Position numbers and translations under genes: made by a program
Part shown: in pieces, positions 1-9,290 of the stretch
How positions within the stretch are numbered: the stretch's first letter is position 1
Layout of the letters: every line of letters starts with the position of its first letter
Notes under the pieces: model-generated
The model's input: the letters and a program-made list of their open reading frames with translations, nothing else
Databases searched by the model: none
Told to the model about the DNA's origin: nothing
Source of the DNA: an uncultured Roseobacter sp.
GTDB lineage: Bacteria; Pseudomonadota; Alphaproteobacteria; Rhodobacterales; Rhodobacteraceae
NCBI GenBank assembly: GCA_947501635.1
Contig: CANMWT010000008.1
Location: 163,349 to 227,348 of the forward strand
DNA length: 64,000 bases
Direction of reading: 5' to 3'

Positions 1-165
1 GAGGGTACGCGCATGCGCACCGGACAGGCCCATGCCTGACGTGGCGTTTTCACCGTTCACCACAATGAAGTCCAACCGCCATTCGCGGCGCAGACGGGCG
101 AGGTTTTCGGTGATCGCAGCGCGACCGGCGCGCCCCATCACATCCCCCAGAAACAGTATTTTCAT
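1..165 (-). CDS. YmdB-like metallophosphoesterase (TIGR00282-type), N-terminal 55 codons only; gene continues past window start
   Basis: Own reverse-strand translation from ATG 165..163: MKILFLGDVMGRAGRAAITENLARLRREWRLDFIVVNGENATSGMGLSGAHARTL. The GDxxG and VNGEN motifs fit this family. Absent from the ORF track because it is truncated. Confidence 0.6.
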   Translation of the reverse strand, partial: MKILFLGDVMGRAGRAAITENLARLRREWRLDFIVVNGENATSGMGLSGAHARTL

Positions 166-248
166 GACTGATGGGTAGGGCTGCGCAGCAGGCTCGACAA
201 GGGGTATCAGCCATTTTTCGCACAATTCAGCCAGATTGCGCGACGGAA

Positions 249-809
249 CTAGCGCAGATCGATGACGCGTGTCTCTGTGACGATCAGGTCAAGCGGCTGA
301 TCCGTTGGCTCCAGCGGCAGGCGCGTCGCCTCCTGGGCGTCATAGGCAAAACCGATCGCCAGAGTCGAACGGCGCGCGCGCAACTGCTCGAGCGTCCGGT
401 CGTAAAATCCCCCGCCATACCCCAGACGCCCGCCCTGCCCGTCAAAGGCAACAAGCGGCACGATCAGTATCTCCGGCTCGAAGTATTCTGGGTCTTGCGG
501 GATACGCGCCCCAAAAAGACCGCTGACCATCGGCATTTCAGGCTCCCATTTTGCAAATCGAAGGGGCGCGGCCTGCGCTTGAATAACGGGAACACCCACA
601 GCGCCATGGGCCGCCGCCTCAGCCATCGCAGGCAGTGGGTTTATCTCTGTGCGGATCGGCATGTAGCCGGCCAGCGGCACGCCGCGATACCCCGCCAAAA
701 CACTGGAAAGCAGACCCGCTCCCGTCCCCGGGTCCTGAGCATGTGCAGCCTTGCGGCGCGCATATCCCGCCTGACGCGCTGCGGTTTTAACGTCGGTCCT
801 CTCGTTCAT
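249..809 (-). CDS. 5-formyltetrahydrofolate cyclo-ligase
   Basis: 186-aa ORF with the LGYGGGFYDR motif and family-typical length. ATGA start/stop overlap with mgtE at 806..809. Confidence 0.85.
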   Translation of the reverse strand: MNERTDVKTAARQAGYARRKAAHAQDPGTGAGLLSSVLAGYRGVPLAGYMPIRTEINPLPAMAEAAAHGAVGVPVIQAQAAPLRFAKWEPEMPMVSGLFGARIPQDPEYFEPEILIVPLVAFDGQGGRLGYGGGFYDRTLEQLRARRSTLAIGFAYDAQEATRLPLEPTDQPLDLIVTETRVIDLR

Positions 810-2197
810 AGCAACACCAAAACAGCCAGCCCCAAAAAGGCAAAAAACCCAACAACATCCGTCACCGTGGTGACGAAAGCACCGGAAGCAAGCGCGGGGT
901 CAATGCCAATACGTTCCAAAAGCACGGGGATTACTGTCCCGGCAAGCCCCGCCACCACAAGATTAATGACCATCGCAGCGCCGATCACATAGCCAAGGGC
1001 CGGCGAGCCGAACCACAAAAAGCCGATGATCCCCATCGCGACTGCAAAGATCATCCCATTGAACAGCCCCACCAGAACTTCGCGCCGGATGACCCGCCAG
1101 ACGTTAGCAGTGGTAAGGTCCTTCGTCGCCAGCGCGCGCACAGCAACGGTCAGCGACTGGGTGCCCGCGTTTCCGCCCATGGACGCAACAATCGGCATCA
1201 AAACGGCCAGCGCCACGATCTGGGTCAAAGCATCTTCGAACTGTGCGATAACCAGCGAGGCGGCGATGGCCGTGACAAGGTTCACAGCCAACCAGGGCAG
1301 CCGTTGTTTTGTCGTCTCGATCACACGATCCGACAAGGACCCTTCCCCGACACCTGCAAGGCGCAGGATATCTTCTTCGTGCTCCTCGTCCAGAACGGCC
1401 ATCGCATCGTCAATCGTGATGACACCGATCAATCGCCCTTCCTCATCGACCACCGGTGCTGAAATCAGGTGGTACTGGTTAAACGCATACGCGACATCAG
1501 ATTCAGCCTGCGTTGCCGGGATGATCTGAAATGTATCCTCCAGCAGATCCATCATCCGCGTCTCGCGTCTCGACCGCATGAGTTTTCCAAGCGTGACATT
1601 ACCGACCGGATGCAGGCGCGGATCGACCACGACAATATGATAGAACTGATCCGGCAAATCGGATTCCGGTGTCGTGCGTAAATAGTCGATCGCCTGTCCG
1701 ACCGTCCAGTGCTCGGGCGACATCACAACCTCGCGCTGCATCAAGCGACCGGCGGAATACTCTGGATAGCGCAGAGCCTGCTGAACCGCCGCACGGTCCA
1801 CGTCTTCCAGTGCGTCCAGAATGGCCTCTTGCTGCGCGTCCTCAAGGTCTTCGACAAGATCGACCACGTCATCGCTGTCGAGCGTGCGGACCGCCTCGCT
1901 CAGAACATGAGGCTTGAGAACAGCGATCACTTCTTCGCGGATGTTTTCATCCAGTTCTGACAGGATTTCCCCGTCGAATTCGCGGTCATACAAACGAATA
2001 AGCCGGGAGCGGTCATAGGCGTTTATCTGTTCAAGCAAGTCTGCGATGTCGGCCGCGTGCAGCGGCTCCATCAACTCGGTCAGCTTGGCCTGATCCTCGA
2101 TATCGACGGCATAGAGGATTGCGGCGATCGCTTTGGGGCCCAGCACATAGGCGTCCTCGCTGCCTTCAGCATCTGCTTGTTCGGTCTGGTCCGACAT
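806..2197 (-). CDS. mgtE: magnesium transporter MgtE
   Basis: Acidic MgtE N-domain, CBS pair and C-terminal TM domain recognisable. Start moved to ATG 2197 (MSDQTEQ...), preceded by GAGGAG. The track ORF extends to 2281. Confidence 0.9.
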   Translation of the reverse strand: MSDQTEQADAEGSEDAYVLGPKAIAAILYAVDIEDQAKLTELMEPLHAADIADLLEQINAYDRSRLIRLYDREFDGEILSELDENIREEVIAVLKPHVLSEAVRTLDSDDVVDLVEDLEDAQQEAILDALEDVDRAAVQQALRYPEYSAGRLMQREVVMSPEHWTVGQAIDYLRTTPESDLPDQFYHIVVVDPRLHPVGNVTLGKLMRSRRETRMMDLLEDTFQIIPATQAESDVAYAFNQYHLISAPVVDEEGRLIGVITIDDAMAVLDEEHEEDILRLAGVGEGSLSDRVIETTKQRLPWLAVNLVTAIAASLVIAQFEDALTQIVALAVLMPIVASMGGNAGTQSLTVAVRALATKDLTTANVWRVIRREVLVGLFNGMIFAVAMGIIGFLWFGSPALGYVIGAAMVINLVVAGLAGTVIPVLLERIGIDPALASGAFVTTVTDVVGFFAFLGLAVLVLL

Positions 2198-2303
2198 TGG
2201 CTTGCTCCTCATCTGCGCCGGACCATAAGCGCGGGCGGATGCGGATACAATGCCGGCGAGAACGCCGTTGTCCTGCCTCACCCGAACGCCTAAAGCTTAA
2301 GCT

Positions 2304-3599
2304 ATGAACGCAACAGACCTGATCCTTGGCCAGACATTTGAAGTGACGGGCAACCCGATGGTTTCCGCCTGGGAAAGCTGTGTGGCTGTCAACAGCGCAG
2401 GTGCTGTTGCGTTGGCCGATGGCAAAATCGTAGCCACCGGCGATGCAGCTGACCTGCGCGCGCAGTTTCCGCTGGCGCGGGTTACGGATTACGGCCGGCA
2501 TCTGATTTGTCCGGGCTTTGTTGATGCGCACGTACATTACCCACAAACCGCAATCATCGCGAGCTGGGGCAAGCAGCTGATCGACTGGTTGAACACATAC
2601 ACCTTTCCCGAAGAAATGCGTCTTGCCGATACGGTCTATGCACAAGAGACAGCCGCGCGTTACCTTGACCTTGTTCTGTCGCACGGGACAACGACCGTTT
2701 GCTCTTACGCCACAATACACCCGGCAAGCGTAGACGCCTTTTTTCAGGCGGCAGCCGCACGCGACATGCGCACCGTCGCGGGAAAGACTTGTATGGACCG
2801 GAACGCCCCCGACGGTCTGCGCGACACCGCACAAAGCGCCTATGACGACAGCAAAGCCCTGATCGCCGCATGGCATGGAAAGGGCCGCGCCTCCTACGCT
2901 ATCACACCACGCTTCTCTCCTACGTCCAGCCCCGGGCAGCTGAACGCACTTGGACAGCTATGGTCCGAGTACCCCGACTGCCTGATGCAGACGCACCTGA
3001 GCGAACAGATCCCAGAGGTCGAGTGGGTGCGCAGCCTGTTTCCAGACGCCCGCGACTACCTTGACACCTATGAGGCGCACGGACTGTTGGGCGCGCGTGG
3101 TGTCTATGGACATGCAATCTACCTTGAACAACGCGAAATCGACCGGATTGCCGAGACTGGCGCCGCGTTGGTGCATTGCCCGACCTCCAATAGCTTTATC
3201 GGCTCGGGCTTGATGGATGTGGCAGGGCTCGGCCTGCGCGGCATCCCGCTTGGGCTTGCGACAGATACTGGCGGCGGATCTTCGTTTTCGATGCTGCGGA
3301 CCATGGCTGCAGCCTACGAAATCGGGCAACTCCGCGGGGCAGCCCTGCACCCCGCGCAGCTGATGTATCTCGCCACCGCAGGCTCAGCCCGCAGCTTACA
3401 CCTGCAAGACCGTATCGGCCTTCTGGCACCGGGATATGAGGCAGATATCACCGTCCTTGATCTGTCGTCTACCCCAGCCATTGCGCAGCGCGTGCGTCAG
3501 GCCGAGACCATTTGGGAAGCATTGTTTCCGACCATCATGATGGGAGATGACCGCGCCATTGCCGATGTCTGGGTTGCAGGAACACGCGTCACACCATAG
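2304..3599 (+). CDS. guaD: guanine deaminase
   Basis: 431 aa. Has PGFVDAHVHYPQ and the metal-dependent amidohydrolase pattern typical of guanine deaminase. Confidence 0.85.
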   Translation: MNATDLILGQTFEVTGNPMVSAWESCVAVNSAGAVALADGKIVATGDAADLRAQFPLARVTDYGRHLICPGFVDAHVHYPQTAIIASWGKQLIDWLNTYTFPEEMRLADTVYAQETAARYLDLVLSHGTTTVCSYATIHPASVDAFFQAAAARDMRTVAGKTCMDRNAPDGLRDTAQSAYDDSKALIAAWHGKGRASYAITPRFSPTSSPGQLNALGQLWSEYPDCLMQTHLSEQIPEVEWVRSLFPDARDYLDTYEAHGLLGARGVYGHAIYLEQREIDRIAETGAALVHCPTSNSFIGSGLMDVAGLGLRGIPLGLATDTGGGSSFSMLRTMAAAYEIGQLRGAALHPAQLMYLATAGSARSLHLQDRIGLLAPGYEADITVLDLSSTPAIAQRVRQAETIWEALFPTIMMGDDRAIADVWVAGTRVTP

Positions 3600-3603
3600 C
3601 CGG

Positions 3604-4032
3604 TTAGCACCCCGGTCGTGCCAGAACCATGACCCAGATGTACCCACCACCCTGAACGACGGCAAATTCGGTCACATCGCGCGACACCATGTTTGCACGG
3701 TGCCCGGGCGACGCAGTCCACGCGGCCATGACCTCGGACAGATCTCGCTGACCTTGGGCAATGTTCTCGGCCACCACGCACCAACCATAGCCGGTCCGGC
3801 TGACCCGCTGGCCCACGTCAGATCCGTCGCTGCCCTGATGCGCAAAAAACCAGGCCCGCAACAAGTCATCAGCATGAACACGCGCAGCCCCTTCAAGTTG
3901 TGTCGAATAGCGCAATGCGGGCAGGTCCGCAGCCGACCGCAGGCCATTGACGGCCGCGACCTTTTGCGCATCTGCTATTGCCATGCTCACGCTGCCAAAC
4001 ACGGCGATGGCGGCAACGACCAGCGCCTTCAC
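3604..4032 (-). CDS. secreted CAP/SCP (YkwD-like) domain protein
   Basis: 142 aa with an N-terminal signal peptide (MKALVVAAIAVFGSVSMAIA). The GHRANM motif fits the CAP family. GTG start in a GTGA overlap with the upstream stop at 4029..4032. Confidence 0.7.
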   Translation of the reverse strand: MKALVVAAIAVFGSVSMAIADAQKVAAVNGLRSAADLPALRYSTQLEGAARVHADDLLRAWFFAHQGSDGSDVGQRVSRTGYGWCVVAENIAQGQRDLSEVMAAWTASPGHRANMVSRDVTEFAVVQGGGYIWVMVLARPGC

Positions 4033-5369
4033 AGACTGTCGCGCAAGGCACGCGCCATGCTATTCTGGCGTGCGATCCCTTCGGCCAGATCAAAGGTCAC
4101 GATCTGGCCGTCGCGCACGACATCTCGGCCTTCGACCACCAGATCCCGAACAGTGGTCGGCCCTGCCAAGAGCAACGCAGCAGGGTCCCAACTGCCGGCC
4201 GATTCAATGCCTGAGACATCCCAGATCGCGATATCGGCACGCGCCCCGACGCTCAGCCGGCCACACTCCGCGCGCCCCAACACATCGGCACCACCTCGCG
4301 TCGCAATCTCCAAGGCCTCGCGCGCGCTCATGGCATCAGCACCCCGCGCCACCCTTTGAAGCAGCATGGCCTGACGCGCCTCCGCAACCAGATTACCAGC
4401 GTCATTACTGGCTGACCCGTCGACGCCAAGTCCCACCGGCACCCGCTGATCCCGCATGGCGCGCAGCGGCGCGATGCCACTGCCAAGGCGGCAGTTGGAA
4501 CAGGGACAATGCGCGACACCGGTTCCAGTTTGAGCAAAGAGCGCGATTTCAGCCGCGTCCAGCTTGACGCAATGGGCGTGCCACACATCGGGCCCCACCC
4601 ATCCCAGGCTTTCAGCATATTCTCCCGGACGACACCCAAAGGTTTCCAGCGAATAGGCGATATCCTCGTCGTTTTCGGCCAGATGGGTGTGCATCATCAC
4701 GGCCTTGTCACGCGCCAGCACCGCCGCATCCCGCATCAGCTCGCGGCTTACCGAAAAAGGAGAACAAGGCGCGACGCCCACGCGGCACATCGCCCCCTCA
4801 CCGCTGTCATGAAAAGCATCGATCACGCGTATACAGTCTTTGAGGATTTCCGCCTCGCCCTCGACAAGATCATCAGGCGGCAGCCCGCCGTCCGACACGC
4901 CGATGCTCATGGCGCCCCGGGTGGGATGAAACCGTAAACCGACATACTGCGCGGCATGAATAGTGTCTTCCAGCCGCGATCCATTGGGAAAAAGATACAG
5001 GTGGTCGCTGCTCAGGCTGCAGCCTGACAGGGCAAGCTCTGCCAACCCGATTTGCGCAGAGGTGTAAATGTGTTCCGGTGTAAATGCTGCCCAGATCGGA
5101 TAAAGCGTCTGAAGCCAGCCAAAAAGCAGCGCATCCTGCCCGCCTGGTACCGCGCGTGTCATAGACTGATAGAGGTGATGATGCGTATTCACCAGACCCG
5201 GCGTCACCACACAGCCCTGAGCGTCGATGGCTGGCAGATCGCCCGCGAGGCCCGGCCCTATCGCGGTGATCTTGCCCTCTTGAAAGACGATATCAGCGCC
5301 ATGCAACTCGCGCCGTGTGTCGTCTATGGTGAGGATCACCTGCGCCCCTTTGATCGCGCGCAAACTCAT
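4029..5369 (-). CDS. 8-oxoguanine deaminase-like amidohydrolase
   Basis: Contains GLVNTHHHLYQ and matches the 8-oxoguanine deaminase/atrazine-hydrolase amidohydrolase subgroup. Start set at ATG 5369 (MSLRAIKGAQV...), in an ATGA overlap with the upstream stop. The track ORF extends to 5468. Confidence 0.75.
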   Translation of the reverse strand: MSLRAIKGAQVILTIDDTRRELHGADIVFQEGKITAIGPGLAGDLPAIDAQGCVVTPGLVNTHHHLYQSMTRAVPGGQDALLFGWLQTLYPIWAAFTPEHIYTSAQIGLAELALSGCSLSSDHLYLFPNGSRLEDTIHAAQYVGLRFHPTRGAMSIGVSDGGLPPDDLVEGEAEILKDCIRVIDAFHDSGEGAMCRVGVAPCSPFSVSRELMRDAAVLARDKAVMMHTHLAENDEDIAYSLETFGCRPGEYAESLGWVGPDVWHAHCVKLDAAEIALFAQTGTGVAHCPCSNCRLGSGIAPLRAMRDQRVPVGLGVDGSASNDAGNLVAEARQAMLLQRVARGADAMSAREALEIATRGGADVLGRAECGRLSVGARADIAIWDVSGIESAGSWDPAALLLAGPTTVRDLVVEGRDVVRDGQIVTFDLAEGIARQNSMARALRDSL

Positions 5370-6172
5370 TCCAAAGCGGATTGCAGCAGGGCCAGAGCCT
5401 GAGCGTGAATCTGGTGGTTGGCCGCTGCGACGACCCTGCCGCCCAGATGCGCGGGGCCGCCTTCCCAATTCGTGACAACGCCGCCCGCCGCCTCGATCAC
5501 CGCGATCGGTGCCTGGATATCATAGGCTGCCAGCCCCGCTTCGATGACAAGGTCGATCTGGCCGGCTGCGACCAGGGCATAGGCATAGCAGTCCAGACCA
5601 TAGCGCGTCAGCTTGGCCTGCGCAGCCACAGTGTGAAACGCGCGCCCTTCGGCTGCGGTTCCCACCTCGGGGAAGGTTGTAAAGACGGTCGCTTCTGCCA
5701 GATCGAGCGGCGCGCGGGTCACGATCGCGCGGTTGCCCTGCGGACCCGCCATCTGTGCGCCCAGTCTGGACCCGGTAAAACGCTCTGCGATATAGGGCTG
5801 GTCGATCAGACCGTACACAGGCCCCTGCGCATCCGACACGGCGATCAGAACGCCCCATGTGGGCGTGCCGCTGACAAATGCCCGCGTACCATCAATCGGA
5901 TCGAGCACCCACGTCAGACCGCTTGAACCTTCCTGAGCGCCGAATTCTTCGCCAAGAATGGCGTCCTGCGGGCAGGTCTCTTTCAGGATCGCCCGGATTG
6001 CCAGTTCGGCAGACCGGTCTGCCTGGGTGACCGGGTCAAAGTCCGTGTCTGATTTGTTGTCATGCTGCAGGTCATCAGCACGGAAGTATGGCAAAATGAC
6101 ATCCCGCGCGGCATCCGCCGCACGCTGGGCTATGTTGTCAATATGCCGAAGCTGGGTATCGGTAACTCTCAT
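5366..6172 (-). CDS. inositol monophosphatase family protein (HisN-like histidinol-phosphatase candidate)
   Basis: 268 aa with the IMPase signature motifs LGEE...WVLDPIDGT. Confidence 0.8.
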   Translation of the reverse strand: MRVTDTQLRHIDNIAQRAADAARDVILPYFRADDLQHDNKSDTDFDPVTQADRSAELAIRAILKETCPQDAILGEEFGAQEGSSGLTWVLDPIDGTRAFVSGTPTWGVLIAVSDAQGPVYGLIDQPYIAERFTGSRLGAQMAGPQGNRAIVTRAPLDLAEATVFTTFPEVGTAAEGRAFHTVAAQAKLTRYGLDCYAYALVAAGQIDLVIEAGLAAYDIQAPIAVIEAAGGVVTNWEGGPAHLGGRVVAAANHQIHAQALALLQSALE

Positions 6173-6192
6173 ACCAATGGACGTGCCAGTTT

Positions 6193-6215
6193 AGGCCCCT
6201 TGCTGCAAGGGGCCT
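6193..6215. terminator. 10-bp perfect stem-loop (AGGCCCCTTG-CTG-CAAGGGGCCT) downstream of the XRE gene
   Basis: Read directly from the sequence. There is no clear U-tract, so the terminator role is tentative. Confidence 0.35.
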
Positions 6216-6244
6216 CAAGCATGTTACCGGTCAAAACCCGAAGC

Positions 6245-6622
6245 TTATGCGACGTCACTCAACACACGCGCCAGTTCAAACAGGCGGCGGCGCTGGTTTT
6301 CAGGTATCGCATAATAAGAGCGAACAAGGTCCATTGCCTCTTTGTCGCCCATCATGTCAGCTGGAATTGCACTGGTCGTTGTCTCTGCGGAACCGTCTTG
6401 TTCCGCGCGAAGACCTTCAAAGAAAAATGCAATGTCAACTTCGAGTGCGTCTGCAATATCCCAAAGCCTGGAGGCGCTCACGCGGTTTGCCCCCGTCTCA
6501 TACTTCTGAATCTGCTGGAATTTAATACCGACCCGCTCAGCCAGTTTTTGCTGCGTCATACCAACAAGCCAGCGGCGCTGGCGGATGCGCTTTCCTACGT
6601 GAACGTCGACTAAATGTGCCAT
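6245..6622 (-). CDS. XRE-family helix-turn-helix transcriptional regulator
   Basis: 125 aa. N-terminal Cro/C1-type HTH (GKRIRQRRWLVGMTQQKLAERVGIKFQQIQKYETGANRVSASRL). Confidence 0.8.
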   Translation of the reverse strand: MAHLVDVHVGKRIRQRRWLVGMTQQKLAERVGIKFQQIQKYETGANRVSASRLWDIADALEVDIAFFFEGLRAEQDGSAETTTSAIPADMMGDKEAMDLVRSYYAIPENQRRRLFELARVLSDVA

Positions 6623-7119
6623 TCAGTTTCCCTTACCCTCATTCGAACTTATTACCTGAGCTTGCATTGCGCATGCGTCACGAGCGTGCCGATGTTCCCG
6701 CGCAACAAACTTGTTACATACCGCGACAATACGAAAAACGGCTTTTCAATCAACTAAAAAGACTGCACGCAGACTTGTGCCTCAAAACACCAAAAACAAT
6801 CTATACGTGTTTAATGCATGCCGAACAGAGCCTTACATGTATCTCTTTCCGACAGGTTTTTCTTTTAAAAATTTAGTGATTCCGCCTGAAATAAAGCCTT
6901 TAGTATTCTCTTCTGAGTTGTGATTCGAAAACAAAGCAGCTCCACGAGGTTCCCGTTTATGGGGAATCACGCGCAGTGCATTGACAAAGTTGACGTTGGG
7001 GAAAGCTTACGTAATCCAAGCGAATTTTGGCCGATCACCCCGCGCAACACAGATCACAACCGCGAATTCCAGGTTTCTTTCGTCACTGGCACAAGCGGAC
7101 TGCAGCACACCAATGCGCG

Positions 7120-7995
7120 TCAGCCTGCCTTTAGCCGCTGTGGTTCAGAATGTGCGAATGCGCGCCTGAGCAAATCCGCGAGCCCCTGTTGCACGACGCC
7201 GCCACGAGATGTGGCGCCGTACAGGTTGATCTGCTGCAGCGGCAGTTCGGGCAAAGCCCCGTTGTGGTCAATCCGCTCTAAGTGTGGCGGTTCGGTGCCT
7301 TCGATCATCGTGTGCACGGCCAAATCCGCACTCACCGTGGCCTCGATGGTTCTGTCGCTTTCGGTTTCGACAATGACCTCCCAAGGGATGCCGGCAGTAT
7401 CCAAGGCTTCAATCACGCGGGGCCGAAACGTGCACAGCCGCCCAAAGGCCAGCTTGAGCGGGCGCTGACGCCAGGCCGCACCGCCCGGCGCACCAATCCA
7501 CCGCAAAGGCTTGCGGCACAAAGTCTCAGCGCCCTGCTCCAGCGCGGTCTCTGTCGTCAGAATAAGGTCGCATTCTCCACGTCCGAACTGCTCTTTCAAT
7601 CCGCGCGTGTAGGACGAGACAAGGTGCACCCGAACGCGCGGAAACGCTGCATTGAACTGTTTGAGAACCTGCGGGATGGCCGGATACACAATGTCATGGG
7701 GCACACCGAGCACGATTTCACCCTCGTAGGCCTGATCGGTCAAGCGACCAATCACCTCGTCATTTAATGCAACCATCCGGCGCGCGTACACCAACAGCTG
7801 TTCACCCGAAGCGGTAAGCGCGATTGTCCGGCCAGACCGGTCGAATAACTCTAAACCCAGCATTTCTTCGAGCCGTTTTAACTGCATGGACACCGCAGAC
7901 TGCGTGAGATGCAGAAAACCAGCAGCCCGCGTCACACCACCCGAGTCCGCCACAGCAACAAAGGATCTCAGAGTCGTGACATCTAGATTTCTCAT
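7120..7995 (-). CDS. LysR-family transcriptional regulator
   Basis: 291 aa. N-terminal LysR HTH (LRSFVAVADSGGVTRAAGFLHLTQSAVSMQLKRLE) plus a substrate-binding domain. Confidence 0.9.
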   Translation of the reverse strand: MRNLDVTTLRSFVAVADSGGVTRAAGFLHLTQSAVSMQLKRLEEMLGLELFDRSGRTIALTASGEQLLVYARRMVALNDEVIGRLTDQAYEGEIVLGVPHDIVYPAIPQVLKQFNAAFPRVRVHLVSSYTRGLKEQFGRGECDLILTTETALEQGAETLCRKPLRWIGAPGGAAWRQRPLKLAFGRLCTFRPRVIEALDTAGIPWEVIVETESDRTIEATVSADLAVHTMIEGTEPPHLERIDHNGALPELPLQQINLYGATSRGGVVQQGLADLLRRAFAHSEPQRLKAG

Positions 7996-8111
7996 ATCAA
8001 TATTCCTGATGCTTTAATTCACAAACATTCGTTTTCAATATTAATCGAACTTCCCATATACATCAAGCAATCAGATGAAAAACATAAAAACCATCACGAA
8101 AGGAAAAGACG

Positions 8112-8327
8112 ATGGCACATGTACACAATCGCGCCGCGTACACAGTCCGGCCCGCACACTCCTGGATTTCAAAGGTTATGACGCATCTCGCAGTCTGGCG
8201 GTCGCGCCGCAACCTCGCGCAGCTCGACGCCCGCGCGCTGGAAGACATCGGTATCTCAGCCGATGAAGCAAAGCGCGAAGCTCAACTCGGTTTGTGGGAT
8301 GTTCCGCCTAACTGGAAAGGCCTTTAG
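8112..8327 (+). CDS. DUF1127 small protein
   Basis: 71 aa with the DUF1127 core (WRSRRNLAQLDARALEDIGIS). AAAGGAAAAG lies upstream of the ATG. Divergent from the LysR gene. Confidence 0.8.
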   Translation: MAHVHNRAAYTVRPAHSWISKVMTHLAVWRSRRNLAQLDARALEDIGISADEAKREAQLGLWDVPPNWKGL

Positions 8328-8344
8328 AGCCTCGGCTTTCGGCT

Positions 8345-8386
8345 ATTGAGCGAAAATTGCAGTCGGAATGACGATTTTCGCTCAAT
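8345..8386. terminator. 13-bp perfect inverted repeat (ATTGAGCGAAAAT-N16-ATTTTCGCTCAAT) after the DUF1127 gene
   Basis: Arms at 8345..8357 and 8374..8386, read directly. Could be a terminator or a protein-binding palindrome. No U-tract. Confidence 0.4.
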
Positions 8387-8500
8387 TCGCTCTATTCCTG
8401 ACCGAAAAGCCTTGAAATGGTCACATCAGCCCACGATATTCATACGCGAGAGCGCGCAGAAAATCTGACGCGCCGGTTATTTCTAGTTGGAGGTCTTAGA

Positions 8501-9238
8501 ATGGCTGACGTGAATACAATCCGGTCCGCTGCCGGAGCCCGCGCCGCCCAGATTGACGAGGGATTGCGCGCCCACATGAACAAAGTCTACGCGACGATGT
8601 CCGTAGGTATGCTTATCACCTTTGCGGTTGCATGGGCGGTTGGCACATCGCCACAACTGATGGCTGTGTTCCGCGATCCGGTCACGCTGTCTCCGAACAT
8701 CCTCGGCTGGATCGTCATGTTCGCACCGCTGGCGATGGTCTTTATGTTCGGGGCCGCCATCAATAAACTGTCGGCCGCCGGCGCTCAGACGTTCTTTTAC
8801 GTCTTTGCCGCGGTGATGGGGCTGTCGCTATCGTGGATTTTCATCGCCTTTACGGGCTTTTCAATCGCGCAGATCTTCCTCGTCACATCGATTGCTTTCG
8901 CTGGTCTGTCCCTGTGGGGCTACACCACCAAGAAAGACATTTCAGGCTGGGGAAGCTTCCTCATCATGGGTGTTATCGGTCTGGTAGTTGCGTCGATCGT
9001 AAATATCTTTCTGGGCTCGCCTGCAATCATGTTCGCGGTTTCTGCGCTGGGTGTTCTGATCTTTGCGGGGCTGACCGCCTATGATACGCAGAATATCAAA
9101 AACACTTACCTCGCACATGCTCATCATGGCGATCAGGAGTGGTTGCAAAAGTCAGGCATCATGGGCGCGCTGAGCCTCTATCTGAACTTCATCAACATGT
9201 TCATGATGTTGCTGCAACTCTTCGGCAATCGCGAGTAA
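8501..9238 (+). CDS. Bax inhibitor-1/YccA family membrane protein
   Basis: Seven-TM pattern with a BI-1 family C-terminus. Start set at ATG 8501 (MADVNTIRS...), preceded by GGAGG. The track ORF starts at 8417. Confidence 0.85.
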   Translation: MADVNTIRSAAGARAAQIDEGLRAHMNKVYATMSVGMLITFAVAWAVGTSPQLMAVFRDPVTLSPNILGWIVMFAPLAMVFMFGAAINKLSAAGAQTFFYVFAAVMGLSLSWIFIAFTGFSIAQIFLVTSIAFAGLSLWGYTTKKDISGWGSFLIMGVIGLVVASIVNIFLGSPAIMFAVSALGVLIFAGLTAYDTQNIKNTYLAHAHHGDQEWLQKSGIMGALSLYLNFINMFMMLLQLFGNRE

Positions 9239-9262
9239 GCGACACATACAGGATTAACGAAA

Positions 9263-9288
9263 CCGGCCCTCAGGGGCCGGTTTTTTTT
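9263..9288 (+). terminator. rho-independent terminator (CCGGCCC-TCAG-GGGCCGG followed by T8)
   Basis: Stem and T-run read directly. Lies between convergent genes, so it may act in both directions. Confidence 0.8.
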
Positions 9289-9290
9289 GT

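Noticed and set aside
171-992. 273-aa plus-strand ORF at the window start
   Set aside because: It is antisense to the 5-formyl-THF cyclo-ligase gene and the mgtE 3' end. Arg-rich, low-complexity translation.
2198-2303. mgtE/guaD divergent region, considered for an M-box or purine riboswitch
   Set aside because: Only 106 nt are shared by two divergent promoters. This is too short for either riboswitch, and no conserved riboswitch motifs are visible.
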